This document shows positions 61,640-64,000 of a stretch of DNA of 64,000 nt, piece by piece. Each line of letters begins with the position of its first letter. Within the stretch, counting starts at the first letter, position 1. Origin of the DNA: Fibrobacterota bacterium (GTDB taxonomy: Bacteria; Fibrobacterota; Fibrobacteria; UBA11236); assembly GCA_947466585.1 (NCBI GenBank), contig CANIEU010000009.1, positions 14,923 to 78,922 on the forward strand, given 5' to 3'. The notes below the pieces were generated by a model, which was not told where the DNA came from, did no database searches, and saw only the letters and a list, made by a program, of their open reading frames with translations. Position numbers and translations under genes: made by a program.

Positions 61640-63520
61640 TTGAGTCCTGCCTGTTTTTTTAGCGCGGGAATCTCTTTGTCTACTAACTCATCTTCCGCCG
61701 CTGCGACCAAATCCGTGCCGGCCGCCAAATTCAAATTGTCGGACCGCTGGGCCCTGCTGAAGCCGTATCTCGCGGAGCACAAGGTTCCCATTCTGTGGGG
61801 CTGGACCTTCGTGGTGGTTTCCACCGCGCTCGATCAGGTCAACCCGTGGATGATCAAGATCATTCTCGACAGCCTGGGTGCGGGCGCGGGAAAGGCCCCT
61901 GTGTTCGGGGCGCTCGGCGGCATTCTTGCCGCCACGGCGGTATCGGCTGGGTTGCTCTTCTATCAGCGGTTGTGGGTGATCCGCGCGTCGCGTGATATCG
62001 AGTATGCGCTGCGCCGCGATTTGTTTTCGGCCCTGATGGCGCAGCCGCGCGCGTTCTTCGACCGCCAAAACACGGGCGATCTGATGTCGCGCGCCACCAA
62101 CGATCTGGACCGTATCCGCGATATGGTAGGCCCGGTGGTGTTGCATTTGGCGCGCATGGGTTTTCTGCTCATCTTCACCACGATCTGCGTGGCGATGCTG
62201 AATCCCAAACTGTTGCTCACGGGATTGTTGCCGGCGTTGATCATGCCGGTGCTGGCGAACTTCTTTCTGATCCGCATGTACACGCATTTCGGGCGCATTC
62301 AGAAGAACCTCTCGTCCCTTAACGGGTTTGTGCAGGATACGCTAACCGGCATTCAAGTGGTGAAGGGCTTTGGGCGCGCTGATCCGTTCGAGCGCAAGTT
62401 CGCGGCGGCCTCGGCCGATTTGCGCGACTCCTCCCTGAAGATCGCGCGCTTCAATGCCGCCATCTGGCCCGCCATTGGCGTGCTCGGTGTGATCGGCATC
62501 GTGCTTTCGGCCTGGCTTGGCGGCCGCATGGTGATTCAGGGCGAGATCAGCTTGGGCACGTTGTCCGCCGCGATCCTGTACCTGCTGCGCCTCCAATTTC
62601 CTCTCGTGGGTCTCGGCTGGGTGGCCAGCATGATCCAGCGCGGCAACGTGTCGGTCGATCGACTGCTGCAATTGCAGTCGGAGTTCGTGGTACCCGTGGG
62701 CCTCTCCCCTTCCCTGTCGACCTCCTCACCGACTTCATCACCAACCTCATCACCAACCTTTTCCACCCTCGAAGCGCACGGTCTGGCATTCACCTACAAC
62801 GACTTTGACAAGGTGTTGTCGGACGTCTCCTTCACCTTAAAACCTGGCACCTCGCTGGGAATCGTCGGCCCCACGGGTTCGGGCAAGACGACTCTGTTGC
62901 ACCTGCTGTGCGGTCTCTATCCGCCCACCGCGCCCGACATGCTGCGCCTCAACGGCGTGTCGCGCGAATCGGTTTCGGACGAAGCGTGGCGTTCGCGTTT
63001 TAGCTACGCCCCGCAGGACGGATTTTTGTTCTCGACCACGATTCGGGAAAACATCGAGTTCGGTGCGGCGAACACTCTTACTCAGACTGCTGGACTGACG
63101 TTGGAGAAAGCCGCGGAGTGGTCGGGTCTGTCGCGCGATTTGCCGCAGTTCCCCAACGGGTACGAGACCTTGCTGGGCGAGAAGGGCATCAACCTGAGCG
63201 GCGGCCAACGCCAACGAGTGGGCCTGGCGCGGGCGCTACTTTCACCGGCGCCCATTCTGTGCCTCGACGATACGCTCTCGGCGCTCGATGCCGAGACCGA
63301 AGAGATCGTGCTGACGCATTTGCGCGGATTATTCCGCGAGCGCTGCCTCGTGGTGGTGGCGCACCGTTATTCGGCGGTGAAGCATTGCGACGAAATCATC
63401 TATCTGCAAGACGGGCGCGTCACGGAACGCGGCTCCCACGAAGAATTAATCCGCCTCGGCGGGGCCTATGCGGCGATCTGGGAAAAGCAACGGATCTCCG
63501 AAAGTCTGGAGCAAGCATAA
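61640..63520 (+). CDS. ABC exporter, fused permease/ATP-binding subunit (MdlB/MsbA-like), with low-complexity linker
   Basis: 6-TM exporter domain, then NBD motifs (GPTGSGKTT, LSGGQRQRVGLARAL, LCLDDTLSALD). A 12-bp tandem duplication (tcatcaccaacc x2) encodes the SSPTSSPT linker insert. Confidence 0.8.
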   Translation: MSPACFFSAGISLSTNSSSAAATKSVPAAKFKLSDRWALLKPYLAEHKVPILWGWTFVVVSTALDQVNPWMIKIILDSLGAGAGKAPVFGALGGILAATAVSAGLLFYQRLWVIRASRDIEYALRRDLFSALMAQPRAFFDRQNTGDLMSRATNDLDRIRDMVGPVVLHLARMGFLLIFTTICVAMLNPKLLLTGLLPALIMPVLANFFLIRMYTHFGRIQKNLSSLNGFVQDTLTGIQVVKGFGRADPFERKFAAASADLRDSSLKIARFNAAIWPAIGVLGVIGIVLSAWLGGRMVIQGEISLGTLSAAILYLLRLQFPLVGLGWVASMIQRGNVSVDRLLQLQSEFVVPVGLSPSLSTSSPTSSPTSSPTFSTLEAHGLAFTYNDFDKVLSDVSFTLKPGTSLGIVGPTGSGKTTLLHLLCGLYPPTAPDMLRLNGVSRESVSDEAWRSRFSYAPQDGFLFSTTIRENIEFGAANTLTQTAGLTLEKAAEWSGLSRDLPQFPNGYETLLGEKGINLSGGQRQRVGLARALLSPAPILCLDDTLSALDAETEEIVLTHLRGLFRERCLVVVAHRYSAVKHCDEIIYLQDGRVTERGSHEELIRLGGAYAAIWEKQRISESLEQA

Positions 63521-64000
63521 TGGTCGCCGAACCCTACCTCCATTCCGATAAAACCACGTCGTTCCTCGACCGCAAGTTGTGGATGCGCATCCTTGGTTTG
63601 GCCCGGGAACAAAAGTGGCTGGCGATCGGAGCCTTGTCTCTCTTGGTGGTCGCCGAAATTCTGCCCCTGTTTCAACCGCGCATCTTGCGGAGCATGATCG
63701 ACGGCCCCATCCACGACAAGAATCTGGACGGGATCTTGCATTACCTGCTGGCGTTCGGGGCGGTGGCCTTGGTCGGCGGTGCCTTGGAATATGTACGGTC
63801 GATGCTGACGCAGCGTCTGGGCCTCGAGGTGATCCACAATCTGAGGCTCAAGCTCTTCGGGAAGCTCAAGGGCTTTCACATGGACTTCTTCAACCGCACG
63901 CCGGTGGGGCGTTTGATGACGCGCCTCGGCAACGATGTTGACAGCCTGAACAGCATGTTCACCGAGGGTCTGGTGGAGCTTTCGGGCGCGCTGCTGGTGA
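63520..64000 (+). CDS. ABC exporter permease/ATP-binding subunit, partner of the preceding gene (3' end beyond the window)
   Basis: ATG overlaps the upstream TAA. TMD start (LWMRILGLAREQKW...LSLLVVAEILPLF) is typical of heterodimeric ABC exporters. Open to the window end. Confidence 0.7.
   Translation, partial: MVAEPYLHSDKTTSFLDRKLWMRILGLAREQKWLAIGALSLLVVAEILPLFQPRILRSMIDGPIHDKNLDGILHYLLAFGAVALVGGALEYVRSMLTQRLGLEVIHNLRLKLFGKLKGFHMDFFNRTPVGRLMTRLGNDVDSLNSMFTEGLVELSGALLV

Overview
This is a high-GC (~60-65%) bacterial chromosomal window. Type IX secretion C-terminal sorting domains on two large secreted proteins suggest an FCB-group (Rhodothermota/Bacteroidota-like) organism.

Most of the window is densely packed housekeeping genes: penicillin-acylase family (5'-truncated), gmhA, araD/araB, gyrA, surE, hisS, queF, serC, mltG, obg, ilvC, ffh, the ribosomal cluster rpsP-rimM-trmD-rplS, recG, carB, tRNA-Gln and an ABC exporter pair.

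Four things stand out:
1. A light-regulated-looking carotenoid (xanthophyll glycoside-ester) gene cluster sits inside the normally contiguous rpsP-rimM-trmD-rplS operon. It is headed by a CarH/LitR-like MerR+B12-binding regulator and contains crtB (with an unusual ~250-aa C-terminal membrane-anchored extension), an acyltransferase, a GT2 glycosyltransferase, crtI, a lycopene-cyclase-domain protein and crtZ.
2. A ~6.4-kb low-GC islet (about 42.0-48.45 kb) lies between recG and carB. It carries a translationally coupled MazG-like NTP pyrophosphohydrolase + PD-(D/E)xK-nuclease/DUF2075 ATPase pair, a frameshifted DUF1016 (YhcG-like) nuclease, a frameshifted secreted protein and small SD-led ORFs. 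This is a candidate uncharacterised defence/nucleotide-depletion module.
3. Long compound inverted-repeat elements, whose arms are built from tandem GGTAG/CTACC or AGTGG/CCACT pentamers, recur at six or more intergenic sites, usually abutting stop codons.
4. A ~320-bp array of a degenerate 12-bp GTTTTCC-type tandem repeat fills the divergent surE-hisS promoter region.

A second low-GC patch next to tRNA-Gln carries a solo RHH gene and a perfect 23-bp inverted repeat.

Many long antisense ORFs in the six-frame track are GC-driven artefacts and were not called.
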